64,000 nt of DNA, taken from NCBI GenBank assembly GCA_030647655.1, contig JAUSJH010000009.1:82196-146195 (forward strand). The letters run 5' to 3'. The stretch comes from a bacterium (GTDB taxonomy: Bacteria; Patescibacteriota; Minisyncoccia; Phycocordibacterales; UBA2100). Shown one piece after another: positions 46,009 through 55,759 of this stretch (within the stretch, counting starts at the first letter, position 1; the number at the start of each line of letters is the position of its first letter). The notes beneath the pieces are model-generated. The model had not been told where the DNA came from. It was given only the letters and a program-made list of their open reading frames with translations, and did not search any database. Position numbers and translations under genes: made by a program.

Positions 46009-47679
46009 ATGCAGATCCTGGTTTCCACACTTCTTTCAAAGCGGGGGATTACTGGAGCCTCTGCGGTTTCTGCTTTTTTGAACCCAGACTATGAACGACA
46101 TACGCACTCACCGTTTTTACTTCTCGGGATGGATCGAGCGGTGGCGCGGCTTCTTTTAGCGATTAGTCAGAATGAACGTATTGCCGTCTATGCAGATTTT
46201 GATTGTGATGGCATTCCCGGTGCCGCGCTTCTCTCCGATTTTTTAAAAAAGATAGGCTACGAGAATTTTGAAGTGTATCTCCCGCATCGCGATAGGGAAG
46301 GATATGGATTCCATACTGATGCGATAGCCGCACTTGCTGCTCGCGATGTGAAACTCATCATTACCGTTGATGTCGGGACGACGGCGCTCGACGCGGTGCA
46401 TTTCGCGAAAGAAAAAGGTGTTGATGTAATTATCACCGACCATCATGAAGTTACCGGCGCCTTGCCGGAAGCGGTTGTTGTGTTGAATCCAAAATTAGGG
46501 GATTACCCATTCCCCCACCTCTGTGGTGCGGCGGTCGCGTTCAAGCTCGTTCAGGCGACGCTTACCGAAGGTAAGCGTCTTAGCCTGCAGGCATTTAAAA
46601 ACATCCCAGACGGTTGGGAGAAATGGCTTCTCGACATGGTCGCCATTGCGACGATTGCCGACATGGTGCCTCTGGTCGGAGAAAATCGCGTCCTCGCGCA
46701 CTGGGGACTTATCGTCCTGCGGAAATCACCGCGCCATGGCATCACCGCGCTCTGCGCAAAATTACGTTTGCGCAAGAGCGAGCTTACCGAAGACGATATC
46801 GGGTTCTCGATAGCGCCACGCATCAATGCCGCCTCACGCATGGACGAGCCGATGTTGGCGCTCCGACTTTTGACCACAGGGGACAGTGATGAAGCGAAAC
46901 AACTCGCCGCGCAATTGGAAAAACTCAACGCGAGCCGCAAGGGAGTTGTCGCTGGCATGGTGAAGCAGGCGCGTTCTCATGTGAAGCAACGTTTTGGCGA
47001 GAGCGATCGTGTCATCGTCTTGGGAAATCCTGAATGGAAGCCTGCGCTCTTGGGGCTCGCGGCGAATTCCATTATGAATGAACGCGGCGGGGTTGTGTGC
47101 TTGTGGGGGCGCGATACGCTCGGCCGTATCAAGGGCTCATGCCGCTCAGACGGCGACGTTTCGCTCACAGAACTTTTCGCGAATGCGGGAGACGTATTTG
47201 AAGAAAGCGGCGGCCACAAGGCCTCCGGCGGCTTCACCGTTTCACATGAGCGCGTGCATACATTGCCGGAAATACTGGCGGCCGCGAGTTCGATGCTCGC
47301 CACCGTTCCGAGTGTTGCTGAAGCTAGCGCACATGATGCGCTTGTTACCCTCTCCGAGGTCACGTCAGCGCTCTTCGCGGAAGTTTCAAAGCTCGCGCCA
47401 TTCGGCGCAGGCAATCCGAAGCCGGTGTTTTTGGTGCGCGGCGCAATCGTCACCGGCATGCAACGTTTCGGGAAGGAAAAGGCGCATCTGGAATTACTGC
47501 TTGAATGTCGAGAAAGCGGCGTGCGGTGTCGCGCATTTGATTTTTTCCGCTCGCCTGAAGATTCCACGCATCTACCCGTGCAGGGGGAGGAGGCAGGTGT
47601 CTTGGCGACGATAGCGCGCGACTCATATCGCGGCGGGCTTGCACTTCGAATTGTGGATGTCGTTCCAGTGTCGGTATAA
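46009..47679 (+). CDS. recJ: single-stranded-DNA-specific exonuclease RecJ
   Basis: DHH motifs (VYADFDCDGI, TVDVGT, ITDHHE) and a DHHA1 region. Confidence 0.85.
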   Translation: MQILVSTLLSKRGITGASAVSAFLNPDYERHTHSPFLLLGMDRAVARLLLAISQNERIAVYADFDCDGIPGAALLSDFLKKIGYENFEVYLPHRDREGYGFHTDAIAALAARDVKLIITVDVGTTALDAVHFAKEKGVDVIITDHHEVTGALPEAVVVLNPKLGDYPFPHLCGAAVAFKLVQATLTEGKRLSLQAFKNIPDGWEKWLLDMVAIATIADMVPLVGENRVLAHWGLIVLRKSPRHGITALCAKLRLRKSELTEDDIGFSIAPRINAASRMDEPMLALRLLTTGDSDEAKQLAAQLEKLNASRKGVVAGMVKQARSHVKQRFGESDRVIVLGNPEWKPALLGLAANSIMNERGGVVCLWGRDTLGRIKGSCRSDGDVSLTELFANAGDVFEESGGHKASGGFTVSHERVHTLPEILAAASSMLATVPSVAEASAHDALVTLSEVTSALFAEVSKLAPFGAGNPKPVFLVRGAIVTGMQRFGKEKAHLELLLECRESGVRCRAFDFFRSPEDSTHLPVQGEEAGVLATIARDSYRGGLALRIVDVVPVSV

Positions 47680-47688
47680 TACAGACTC

Positions 47689-48099
47689 ATGTCAGAAAAA
47701 ATTGTCATCTACACAGATGGCGGGGCTAGGAACAACCCCGGGCCCGCAGGAGTCGGCGTTGTTATCGCGGACGGTCCAAAGAAGGTCGAGCTCAAAAAGT
47801 ATATCGGCGAGCGGACGAACAATTGGGCGGAGTATGAAGCTGTCGCCCTTGCACTCACCGAAGCGAAAAAGCGCGGACTCGCAGGGCGGGAGATAGAAGT
47901 ACGCATGGACAGTGAACTCATTCAGCGTCAGCTTACCGACGAGTATCAGGTAAAGGAAGAGACGCTCTGGCCGCAGTATATGAAGGTACATAATTTAATA
48001 GTTGCGCATTTTCCTAACATCCGATTCGTGCATGTGCGGCGCGAGGAAAATGAGGAAGCTGACCGCCTTGTCAACGAGGCCATTGATGCCGCAGAATAG
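47689..48099 (+). CDS. rnhA: ribonuclease HI
   Basis: IYTDGGARNNPGPAGVGVV...NNWAEYEAV...DSELI...ENEEADRL. Confidence 0.85.
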   Translation: MSEKIVIYTDGGARNNPGPAGVGVVIADGPKKVELKKYIGERTNNWAEYEAVALALTEAKKRGLAGREIEVRMDSELIQRQLTDEYQVKEETLWPQYMKVHNLIVAHFPNIRFVHVRREENEEADRLVNEAIDAAE

Positions 48100-48103
48100 G
48101 AGT

Positions 48104-48406
48104 ATGCGCGGACAATTCACCGGATTCATTGATTTCATGCGCGAACGTGGCGTCGCGGGCTTCGCCATCGGTTTTATCTTGGGCGGTGCCGCGCAAAAGC
48201 TCGTGCAAGCTTTCATGGACGACATCGTTAATCCCATGCTCGGACTTTTTGGGGGGAGCGGACAGAATCTTGCCGACTACACCATCGGCACATTTAAGGT
48301 CGGCGATTTTATCTCGGTCCTCATCAATTTTTTCATTCTGTGTTTGGTCGTTTATTTGGTTTTCAAAGTCCTGCATCTCGAGAAACTGGATAAATCCAAA
48401 GAATGA
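48104..48406 (+). CDS. mscL: large-conductance mechanosensitive channel MscL
   Basis: FIDFMRERGVAGFAIGFILGGAAQKLVQAFMDDIVNPMLG is the MscL TM1 signature. About 100 aa. Confidence 0.7.
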   Translation: MRGQFTGFIDFMRERGVAGFAIGFILGGAAQKLVQAFMDDIVNPMLGLFGGSGQNLADYTIGTFKVGDFISVLINFFILCLVVYLVFKVLHLEKLDKSKE

Positions 48407-49875
48407 TAGCGAGCCACATCCTCTGGGCGATCGTCGGAGGATTTTTACTCGGGGTTTTCGCGCGCTCGTTCGTGTCACTTGGGAACGCGTTTGTGTTATT
48501 TCTGCTCCTGCTTGCGGGCGGGAGCATGCTCTTAGCACTTCTTGAGCGTGCAAAGATGCGGGGGCTCGTCGTTGCCGCCGTTGCACTCACGGCGTGTGCC
48601 TCAGGGATACTTCGCATGGATGCGGCAGGTCTGCACGGTGCTGCCGAACTCACATCGCGTATTGGAGAAACAATCACGATAGAAGGCCGCGTTATAGATG
48701 AACCCGATGTGCGCGACAGCAACGTGCGACTGCATATGGATACGGGCGATGTCGGTGTGCTCGTGGTAGCGCCTCCGCATACGGAAGTGCGCTACGGAGA
48801 CATTATTCGGACCAAGGGAAAGCTCGACTTGCCAGAAACATTTGATACCAATGACGGCCGACAATTCAATTACCCGATGTTTCTTGCAAAAGACGGGATT
48901 TTGTACACGCTTTCATTTGCGGAAGTTGATGTCACTGGTCACGGCCCGACAAATCCACTGAAAGTCGCGGCGATACGGACGAAACAGAAATATCTCGAAG
49001 GTCTACACCGTGTCTTGCCCGAACCGGAATCCGGCCTCGCGGGCGGCATCACGGTCGGCGACAAGCGGGGAGTGGGAAAAGAGTTTTCAAACATTTTTAT
49101 TACGGTCGGGCTCGTACACATCATCGTGCTCTCCGGATACAACATCACGCTCGTGATGAACGCGGTCGGCATATTTTTCTCGCGGACTCCGCGCCTTGTA
49201 CAGCTCGGTGCGAGTGCCCTCATCATGGTTTTAATCGTGCTTATGGCAGGAGCTCCGGCGAGTGCCTCGCGCGCGGGTACCATGGCTCTGCTCCCGCTCA
49301 TCGCGCGCATGACGGGGCGCCTTTACCTAGCGCTCCGCGCGCTTGGGGTCGTCGCACTCGCGATGGTGCTGTGGAATCCATTTATTCTCACATTCGATCC
49401 TGGATTTCAATTGTCAGTGCTTGCAACACTCGGTCTTGTACTTTTTTCGCCCGTGTTTACAACGTGGCTCCCATGGATACCGGAGAAATTCGCACTGCGC
49501 GAGATTGCCGCCGCAACACTCGGCACGCAGACCAGTGTGTTGCCGCTTCTCTTGTATCAAAATGGTTTGCTTTCTCTCGTCGCGCTTCCGGCAAATCTCC
49601 TCGCGCTCGTCGCAGTGCCCTACGCGATGTTTGCCTCCGTCATTGCCGCAATCGGTGGAATTATTGCAGGACCTCTCGCGATTCCCGTTGCTGCTCCCGC
49701 GCTCGCGCTTCTGTGGTACATCCTCGGCGTTGCAAAATTCTTCGCATCGCTTCCATTCGCCGCCGTATCGGTGAGTGCATTCAGTGTGTGGTGGGTGTTT
49801 ATTGCCTACGCGCTCATGTTTGGTGGATTGTGGTTCCTGCAAAAAAAGCGGCGAGGTTTGAGCCCGCCGCTTTGA
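48403..49875 (+). CDS. comEC: ComEC/Rec2 DNA-internalisation channel, membrane part only (DUF4131 + competence domain, no MBL domain)
   Basis: Competence domain LAGGITVGDKRGV...VGLVHIIVLSGYNITLV...RAGTMALLPL. Ends without a metallo-beta-lactamase domain. Confidence 0.8.
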   Translation: MIASHILWAIVGGFLLGVFARSFVSLGNAFVLFLLLLAGGSMLLALLERAKMRGLVVAAVALTACASGILRMDAAGLHGAAELTSRIGETITIEGRVIDEPDVRDSNVRLHMDTGDVGVLVVAPPHTEVRYGDIIRTKGKLDLPETFDTNDGRQFNYPMFLAKDGILYTLSFAEVDVTGHGPTNPLKVAAIRTKQKYLEGLHRVLPEPESGLAGGITVGDKRGVGKEFSNIFITVGLVHIIVLSGYNITLVMNAVGIFFSRTPRLVQLGASALIMVLIVLMAGAPASASRAGTMALLPLIARMTGRLYLALRALGVVALAMVLWNPFILTFDPGFQLSVLATLGLVLFSPVFTTWLPWIPEKFALREIAAATLGTQTSVLPLLLYQNGLLSLVALPANLLALVAVPYAMFASVIAAIGGIIAGPLAIPVAAPALALLWYILGVAKFFASLPFAAVSVSAFSVWWVFIAYALMFGGLWFLQKKRRGLSPPL

Positions 49876-49924
49876 TACTCGCCTCGCAACGTGTGCTTCA
49901 CGTTACGGAAAGGTGCGATTCCGA

Positions 49925-50344
49925 TTAGTCGGGCTGCCCCGCCTCCGTACGCTCCGGACTTGGAGCCGGTTTGGCGATGCTTGCGGCCATGTGGCGATCG
50001 CTATCAGCCGGCGTATCAGCTTTTGCCGACACTGCGGCCAGCTTCGCCTTACGCTTCACCCTCGCATCGCGCTCGCCGGCCAGCAGGTTGGCATTCGCCT
50101 CGGTCACGTAGTACTCGCCGACTTGGTCGAACACGACGGCACCATCCTCAATGGCTTTCCGCCACGGCCTGTGGAACCCGGGGATGTGCGTCCTGGCGAT
50201 GATGTGGACCTGATCACTGAAGCTCATCTTACCGGCGTAGCGGTCGTCGGCTTCACGGTAACAGTCGATGAGTTCTCTCAACTGTTTCAGTCCAGTTTTG
50301 TAGTACTTGCCCGTTGGGGCCCTCTTTGCGGCCTGTGTGGCCAT
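49925..50344 (-). CDS. hypothetical protein
   Basis: ORF with an internal Met start. No family recognised. Confidence 0.3.
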   Translation of the reverse strand: MATQAAKRAPTGKYYKTGLKQLRELIDCYREADDRYAGKMSFSDQVHIIARTHIPGFHRPWRKAIEDGAVVFDQVGEYYVTEANANLLAGERDARVKRKAKLAAVSAKADTPADSDRHMAASIAKPAPSPERTEAGQPD

Positions 50345-50444
50345 GGTATTGCCTTTCTCGCTAGAGCAACCCATTGCGCGTACGCAACGGGGCTCCACGA
50401 CAGTGGAGCCCCGAAAGACTAGCGCACAAAGAAGTTTTAGACAA

Positions 50445-50870
50445 TCACATCGCCGAACCCTTCGGTTGCATGTACCACCCGACGAGTGTTGCGGGGATGA
50501 CCCAGTAGCCTAGGAGGACGAGCGTGGACCAGTTGGCGAGGAAGGGCCAGAAATTCGGAAGTACGTTCACGACTGCCGAAAGCGAGCCGCTTTGCGCTAA
50601 GACTCCAGCGACGCCTGTGATGAAGGCGGTCACGATAGCGACGACGAATCCTATAGCGCCAAATGTGATGCCGTCCTTTAGAGAGTTTGCGCCATGCCAC
50701 CACGTGAGGACAGCGACAACGATGACCGCGAGAACGACGAATGAAATATATTGAGGTGTGAGAACTCCACCGCCCGCTGAGGCAGGGACGAACGCGACAA
50801 GCGCCGCGACCACTGTGTTTATCAGATAATTCCCCAAAAATCCTATTAAGATTGATCGTTCAACGTTCAT
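50445..50870 (-). CDS. hypothetical membrane protein (4 TM)
   Basis: Hydrophobic helices. Confidence 0.45.
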   Translation of the reverse strand: MNVERSILIGFLGNYLINTVVAALVAFVPASAGGGVLTPQYISFVVLAVIVVAVLTWWHGANSLKDGITFGAIGFVVAIVTAFITGVAGVLAQSGSLSAVVNVLPNFWPFLANWSTLVLLGYWVIPATLVGWYMQPKGSAM

Positions 50871-50944
50871 AATTGTGCGAGCTAGGGATAATGCATTCAG
50901 TATAGCAGGTAACCAGAGCGCGCAAGTAGGTTTTCCACCTTATA

Positions 50945-50972
50945 AAAAAGAGCCGCCGTTGCCGGCAGCTCA
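50945..50972 (-). terminator. rho-independent terminator; near-identical to the hairpin at 51585-51614
   Basis: On the minus strand, GAGCTGCCGGC-aacg-GCGGCTC followed by TTTTTT. Confidence 0.6.
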
Positions 50973-51015
50973 GTTCCGATAGTTGCGTAACAATCGATTT
51001 CGGACAGCGAGGATG

Positions 51016-51465
51016 TCAAGCGGTCCGGATGTAATCCTTCATCGCTCGGTTTTCGCGGTCGATCTCTATGAGCCGCCAGTTCACGACATCGCCGATGGAG
51101 ATCATGCCGGCAAGCTGCCCGTACTCGTTCAGCACCGGCATGTGGCGGAATTTGCCCGTCGTCATTTGCTCCATGATCGAGGCAGTGGTGTCGCTCGCCG
51201 TGCAGGTGACGAGGGCCTCTTTGGGCGTCATGGCCTGGTGGACCTGATATCCGAGTGCGACATGCCCGCACTCCGCGATTTTCCTCACGATGACACGCTC
51301 GGATATAATGCCGAGCGTGTCGTTGTTTTCCTCACTGACAACGAGGAGCGCGCCAATGCGGTGTTCAGCGAGCTTCTGCGTCGCGGCGACAAGGGTTGCG
51401 TCTGCCCGGACGGTAAAGACTTGTCTGCCGATTGGCTTCCCGTCCAGCATCCATCTGACGGTCAT
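51016..51465 (-). CDS. CBS-pair domain protein
   Basis: Two CBS motifs (RIGALLVVSEENNDTLGIISERVIV; RHMPVLNEYGQLAGMISIGDVV). Confidence 0.75.
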   Translation of the reverse strand: MTVRWMLDGKPIGRQVFTVRADATLVAATQKLAEHRIGALLVVSEENNDTLGIISERVIVRKIAECGHVALGYQVHQAMTPKEALVTCTASDTTASIMEQMTTGKFRHMPVLNEYGQLAGMISIGDVVNWRLIEIDRENRAMKDYIRTA

Positions 51466-51584
51466 GGCGGCGTTTACCTCAAGGTTCTAGTGTTTGCCTT
51501 GCCACAGAGGCAAGGGTCTCCCCATGGGAGTTTCGGAAGCCTATCGCCGCGGAGCCCTCTCGGTCAAGTTCGCCTTTATACGTA

Positions 51585-51614
51585 TAAAAAAGGAGCCGGC
51601 GTTGCCGCCGGCTC
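51585..51614 (-). terminator. rho-independent terminator; near-identical to the hairpin at 50945-50972
   Basis: On the minus strand, GAGCCGGCG-gcaa-CGCCGGCTC followed by CTTTTTT. Confidence 0.6.
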
Positions 51615-51668
51615 GCATCCTCGGTTGTCAGGGGTTTACGAGGATGTACTCGGAATACTGGTCGCCGC

Positions 51669-52079
51669 TTAGTCCTGGGCCGACGGTGCGCTGGCCGGCG
51701 AAGGTGGACTCGCTTCGCGTGCGGTTAACAGAGCCGCCTTCTTGCTCGTCGCCCTCGACTTCTCGTCGTCGACGAGTTTCGCGAGGGTTGAACTGACAAG
51801 CGACATTTCGCGGAGCCCGGTCTTGTTGGCGAGCCACTCGATCTCGAAGCGTAGCGGCTTGAAGCAGCTGCTTGCTGGATCATCCTCGAGCTTCTTCAGG
51901 GCATCGTAGAACATGATGCCCGTGCCGACCAACGTTTTGTGCTCGAGAACCGTGCCCATAGATCTTCCGGCGTCGGCCTTCTCGTACTGCGCCCGCAAGC
52001 CGCTGAATACATCGAGCGCCCCGCGGCCCGTATCGTCACCCCACTTCTTGGGGATTCTCCTCGGCCTCTCTCTGGCCAT
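51669..52079 (-). CDS. hypothetical protein
   Basis: ORF only. Start placed at MARERPRR. Confidence 0.3.
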   Translation of the reverse strand: MARERPRRIPKKWGDDTGRGALDVFSGLRAQYEKADAGRSMGTVLEHKTLVGTGIMFYDALKKLEDDPASSCFKPLRFEIEWLANKTGLREMSLVSSTLAKLVDDEKSRATSKKAALLTAREASPPSPASAPSAQD

Positions 52080-52174
52080 GGTGGTCGTCCTTCCGTTATC
52101 AGAGCAATTCCATGTTGACATGGAGCTTCGCGGGTGCGAAGCTCGCAGACTATACGACAAGTCAATGAACCTGT

Positions 52175-52771
52175 CTATTTTTGAATTTCAGCGAACCGCT
52201 TTTCCACAACATCCCAATTAAGGTTCTTGAAGAAGGCATCTATGTACTTGCCCTTGCCCGCGGCGCCATAATCAAGGATAAAAGCGTGTTCCCATACATC
52301 CAAGGCGAGGATGATAGGGAGGGTGACGAAATGGCCTTGGTGCTGTTCGCCGGAGAACCCCGTAAGCAATTCCTTTGCCTCTGGGTCAAAATAGAGGATT
52401 GCCCAGCCGGGGCCTCTCATGCTCCCAATCATTGTCATGACTTTTTCGAGCGTGAAGGGCTTGTAAGCGCTTTCAAGTGCTTTCGCGAACGGGCCTCCCG
52501 TGGTGAGCGCAGTCGAACCGCCTTCCAGCTGTGTGAAGTAGTACTCATGCAGTCGCATGCCATCGAATTCAAATGAGCGGCGGCGCACGAGCTCGGAGAT
52601 CGCGTGCACATATTTTTCCGAATCACTCATGGCAAGCTCCGCGATCTGTTTGGAAATGGCGTTGAAATTTTTCACATAGCCTTCATACAATCCGATATGT
52701 TGTTTGACCGACTCGTCCGAGATGCCTTCAAGCGAGGGCAGATTAAATTTCTTTGCTTCGTATGTGTGCAT
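52175..52771 (-). CDS. Fe/Mn superoxide dismutase
   Basis: C-terminal DVWEHAFILDYG motif. The His ligands are present but the N-terminal HHxKHH context is atypical. Confidence 0.75.
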   Translation of the reverse strand: MHTYEAKKFNLPSLEGISDESVKQHIGLYEGYVKNFNAISKQIAELAMSDSEKYVHAISELVRRRSFEFDGMRLHEYYFTQLEGGSTALTTGGPFAKALESAYKPFTLEKVMTMIGSMRGPGWAILYFDPEAKELLTGFSGEQHQGHFVTLPIILALDVWEHAFILDYGAAGKGKYIDAFFKNLNWDVVEKRFAEIQK

Positions 52772-52794
52772 GGAAACAGTATATCATTATCACC

Positions 52795-53655
52795 ATGCGC
52801 AGGAGCGTGCAGGTCAAAGGTGCGGCAATACTCGTGCTTCTCGCGCTCACGCTCTGCATCTGGTACGCGGCGATACAAGAGGACCGTCACGGTAAACTCA
52901 CTGTTTCATTTCTCGACGTGGGGCAAGGCGATGCGATATTCATAGAAGCGCCGAGCGGGAGACAGGCGCTAATAGATGGTGGGAAAGGCACTTCGGTTCT
53001 GCGTCAACTTTCTAGCGTCGTACCGTGGTACGACAAATCAATTGATGTCGTTGTTGGTACACATCCGGATCAGGACCACATCGGGGGGCTAGTCGAGGTA
53101 CTACGGCGGTACCGCGCACCGTTCATCCTGGAGTCGAGCGTGCTTGATACCAAAGGGGCGGATTCCAAGGCGTTTGAAAAAGCCATCTCGGAAGAAGAGG
53201 ATGCGAAGGTGCTCGAAGCCAAACGGGGAACCATTATTGATCTGGGAGACGGCGCGTACATCGAGATTTTATTTCCCGACCGAGCTCTCCCGAGCGTCGA
53301 AACAAATACCGGCTCCATCGTGACGCGGATTGTATACGGGGATACAGCTTTTATGCTCACAGGCGATTCACCGGATGAAATAGAAAATTATCTCGTGACA
53401 CTCGATGGAGAGAAGCTCAAGTCGAATGTGCTAAAAGCAGGACATCACGGTTCGAAAACCTCGTCCGCGCCGCTTTTCGTAGGATTCGTAGCTCCAGAAT
53501 ACGCAGTTTTTTCGCGCGGGTGCAACAACAGCTACGGCCATCCTGCTCCCGAGACAGTCGCGACCTTCGCGCGTTTCGGCATCCCGACACTGGATACCTG
53601 CAATGAGGGCACGATCACGTTCGTGTCGGACGGGAAAACTGTTGTACGAAAATAG
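52795..53655 (+). CDS. ComEC-associated metallo-beta-lactamase-fold domain protein (stand-alone MBL part of ComEC)
   Basis: N-terminal TM, then VSFLDVGQGDAIFIEAPSGRQALIDGG...VVGTHPDQDHIGG...GHHGS. Confidence 0.75.
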   Translation: MRRSVQVKGAAILVLLALTLCIWYAAIQEDRHGKLTVSFLDVGQGDAIFIEAPSGRQALIDGGKGTSVLRQLSSVVPWYDKSIDVVVGTHPDQDHIGGLVEVLRRYRAPFILESSVLDTKGADSKAFEKAISEEEDAKVLEAKRGTIIDLGDGAYIEILFPDRALPSVETNTGSIVTRIVYGDTAFMLTGDSPDEIENYLVTLDGEKLKSNVLKAGHHGSKTSSAPLFVGFVAPEYAVFSRGCNNSYGHPAPETVATFARFGIPTLDTCNEGTITFVSDGKTVVRK

Positions 53656-53739
53656 GGCGGCGACGAATTTTTCCCATCTGCGGGACTTTCGCACAAGGTC
53701 CTCGCCGGAAAAAATTTGTCGCCGCCCTGCCGCTTTCAA

Positions 53740-53985
53740 TTACGCAACGAGCCCTGCTTTCTTGAGAGTGAGGAACGCACCGCGTTTCTTCATCGTTTTT
53801 AAGCCTTTGGCCGAAACCGTGATGGTGATTTTCTTGCCGAGTTCGGGGATGAAAAGAGTTTTGGTCTGGAGATTGACCTGCCGGCGGCGTTTGCCGGTCG
53901 GGTTGAACTTGGTCGCACGCGTTCTATTAGAATACCCCCCGCCGACTTGGGAGTGCTTGCCTGTTATTGCGCATATTCGTGCCAT
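53740..53985 (-). CDS. rpmB: 50S ribosomal protein L28
   Basis: MARICAITGKHSQVGGGYSNRTRATKFNPTGKRRRQVNLQTK. Confidence 0.9.
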   Translation of the reverse strand: MARICAITGKHSQVGGGYSNRTRATKFNPTGKRRRQVNLQTKTLFIPELGKKITITVSAKGLKTMKKRGAFLTLKKAGLVA

Positions 53986-54053
53986 ACGTCGGTGCACTCT
54001 AACGCGGACGCTGGCAAAAGTCAAAATAAAAGAGTAAATGGTATAGTTATTGC

Positions 54054-54677
54054 ATGATAGGTCTAGACGCGATTTTTCTTATCGTCATCATTATCTTCTC
54101 TGCCATCATCCATGAGGTGATGCACGGTGTCGCGGCCGACAAGCTCGGCGACCCGACGGCGCGCTACGCGGGGCGCCTTACGCTTAATCCCATTCCGCAC
54201 CTCGACATGTTCGGCTCAATCATACTGCCCCTTGTGCTCGTACTCTCGCACTCATCCTTTTTCTTCGGATGGGCGAAGCCAGTGCCGTACAATCCGTACA
54301 ATTTACGGCCCGGAAGGTTTAGTGAGGCAATCGTCGCTGGAGCCGGCCCTGCATCCAATATCGTCATCGCGCTCATAGGCGGTCTCATCATCCGCTCGGG
54401 GCTTCTCCCCACAGGAAATGACATCGTATTTCTCATCGTTGTCGTCAATGTCATGCTCTGCATTTTCAACCTCATCCCCGTGCCGCCACTCGACGGCTCC
54501 AAAGTGCTTGCGGCACTTTTACCCCGTGCTTTGTCTGGTAGCTATGAAGGGTGGCGGGCACGTATGGAAATGAACCCGTTTCTCGGCATAGGCATTGTTC
54601 TACTAATAGTGTTTCTTGCCGGCGGCGCCTTCGGCAATCTCATCTACGCGCTCGCGAGCGCGATTGCGGGGGTGTGA
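54054..54677 (+). CDS. site-2 protease family (M50) zinc metalloprotease
   Basis: HEVMHG zinc motif in a TM helix; NLIPVPPLDGSKV (LDG motif). Confidence 0.8.
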   Translation: MIGLDAIFLIVIIIFSAIIHEVMHGVAADKLGDPTARYAGRLTLNPIPHLDMFGSIILPLVLVLSHSSFFFGWAKPVPYNPYNLRPGRFSEAIVAGAGPASNIVIALIGGLIIRSGLLPTGNDIVFLIVVVNVMLCIFNLIPVPPLDGSKVLAALLPRALSGSYEGWRARMEMNPFLGIGIVLLIVFLAGGAFGNLIYALASAIAGV

Positions 54678-54712
54678 TCATTGTCCCCATTAATGATGCT
54701 AAACTTTATCTC

Positions 54713-55249
54713 ATGCGAGGAGGAAAAGAGAAGCTGAGAGTTGGTGAAAAGGCGAAGGCTCTTGCCGCCGCCGGCATCGCCGCGCTCGGAATAACTGGTG
54801 CCACGGACAAGTCTCCAGCGACCGCACAAACACACGATCCCAGTCTACGGTTCGAGCTTTCTCGGGAGTTTGTAACTCCGCTTACCCGGATGAGTTCCGG
54901 TGTTGATGCTTTTCTTAAGAGACACAAAGATAAAATTTTCTTTAATGCTGAAACAGGAGAGATTACGGTTCGCATCGCAAATGGTATAAGCAAAGGCAAA
55001 GGTCCTGTTGATCGAGAGAGGGTGAGTGAGGTAATGGTTCGGGCGAGTCAGGACGGAAAGATAATCTCCCTCAATTATCAAATTAAAGAGGCGGGCCGGA
55101 TAATCGGTATAGAAGTTCTCAATATTCGAGAGGAGAATAACGGAGAGCTAACCGTTGATGGAGCTCTAGACTTCGAAACAGGGTACGACGAAATTATAGA
55201 AGACACGACGGTCGTTCCGGGGGGAGAGGAGGGTACACGGCCGCGATAG
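54713..55249 (+). CDS. hypothetical secreted/exported protein
   Basis: Signal-like AAAGIAALGITGA. Start placed at MRGGKEK; the track ORF carries a spurious 5' extension from 54551. Confidence 0.4.
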   Translation: MRGGKEKLRVGEKAKALAAAGIAALGITGATDKSPATAQTHDPSLRFELSREFVTPLTRMSSGVDAFLKRHKDKIFFNAETGEITVRIANGISKGKGPVDRERVSEVMVRASQDGKIISLNYQIKEAGRIIGIEVLNIREENNGELTVDGALDFETGYDEIIEDTTVVPGGEEGTRPR

Positions 55250-55337
55250 AGAGTTGCGTCGGGGGCGGTTTCATAGTACATTTCTCGAGCTCCCATTGGG
55301 AGTTTTAATTTGCCTTTCGACAGGCTCAAGCTAAGCA

Positions 55338-55754
55338 ATGTCTACGATAAATCAACTTACGCGTAAGGGGCGCACGCAAAAGACGTGGCGCACGAAAACC
55401 ATCGCGCTTTCGCGCGGCTTCAACACGCTTAAGAACCGTCCATCTTTTTATCCCGCACCCTTCAAGCGCGGTGTTTGCACCCGTGTAACGACGAAAACCC
55501 CGCGCAAACCGAACTCCGCTATCCGCAAAATCGCCCGCGTGCGCCTCACCAACGGCATGGAAGTTACCGCCTACATTCCCGGCGAAGGACACACTCTGCA
55601 AGAGCACTCGGTAGTACTTTTGCGCGGCGGCCGCGTAAAAGACATCGGCGTGCGCTATACCATCGTTCGTGGCAAATTGGATGCGACGGGTGTTGAGAAG
55701 CGCCGCCGTGGCCGCTCGCTCTACGGCGCGAAGAAGCCGAAAGCCGCCAAGTAA
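55338..55754 (+). CDS. rpsL: 30S ribosomal protein S12
   Basis: PTINQL-like start ...[60 protein letters not shown]. Confidence 0.95.
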   Translation: MSTINQLTRKGRTQKTWRTKTIALSRGFNTLKNRPSFYPAPFKRGVCTRVTTKTPRKPNSAIRKIARVRLTNGMEVTAYIPGEGHTLQEHSVVLLRGGRVKDIGVRYTIVRGKLDATGVEKRRRGRSLYGAKKPKAAK

Positions 55755-55759
55755 TTTTT

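Noticed and set aside
46551-47708. Minus-strand ORFs 46551-46958 and 46977-47708
   Set aside because: Antisense to recJ (DHH motifs on the plus strand).
54551-54712. 5' extension of ORF 54551-55249 overlapping the M50 protease gene
   Set aside because: It overlaps the 3' end of the 54054-54677 gene in another frame. The real start is placed at 54713 (MRGGKEK).
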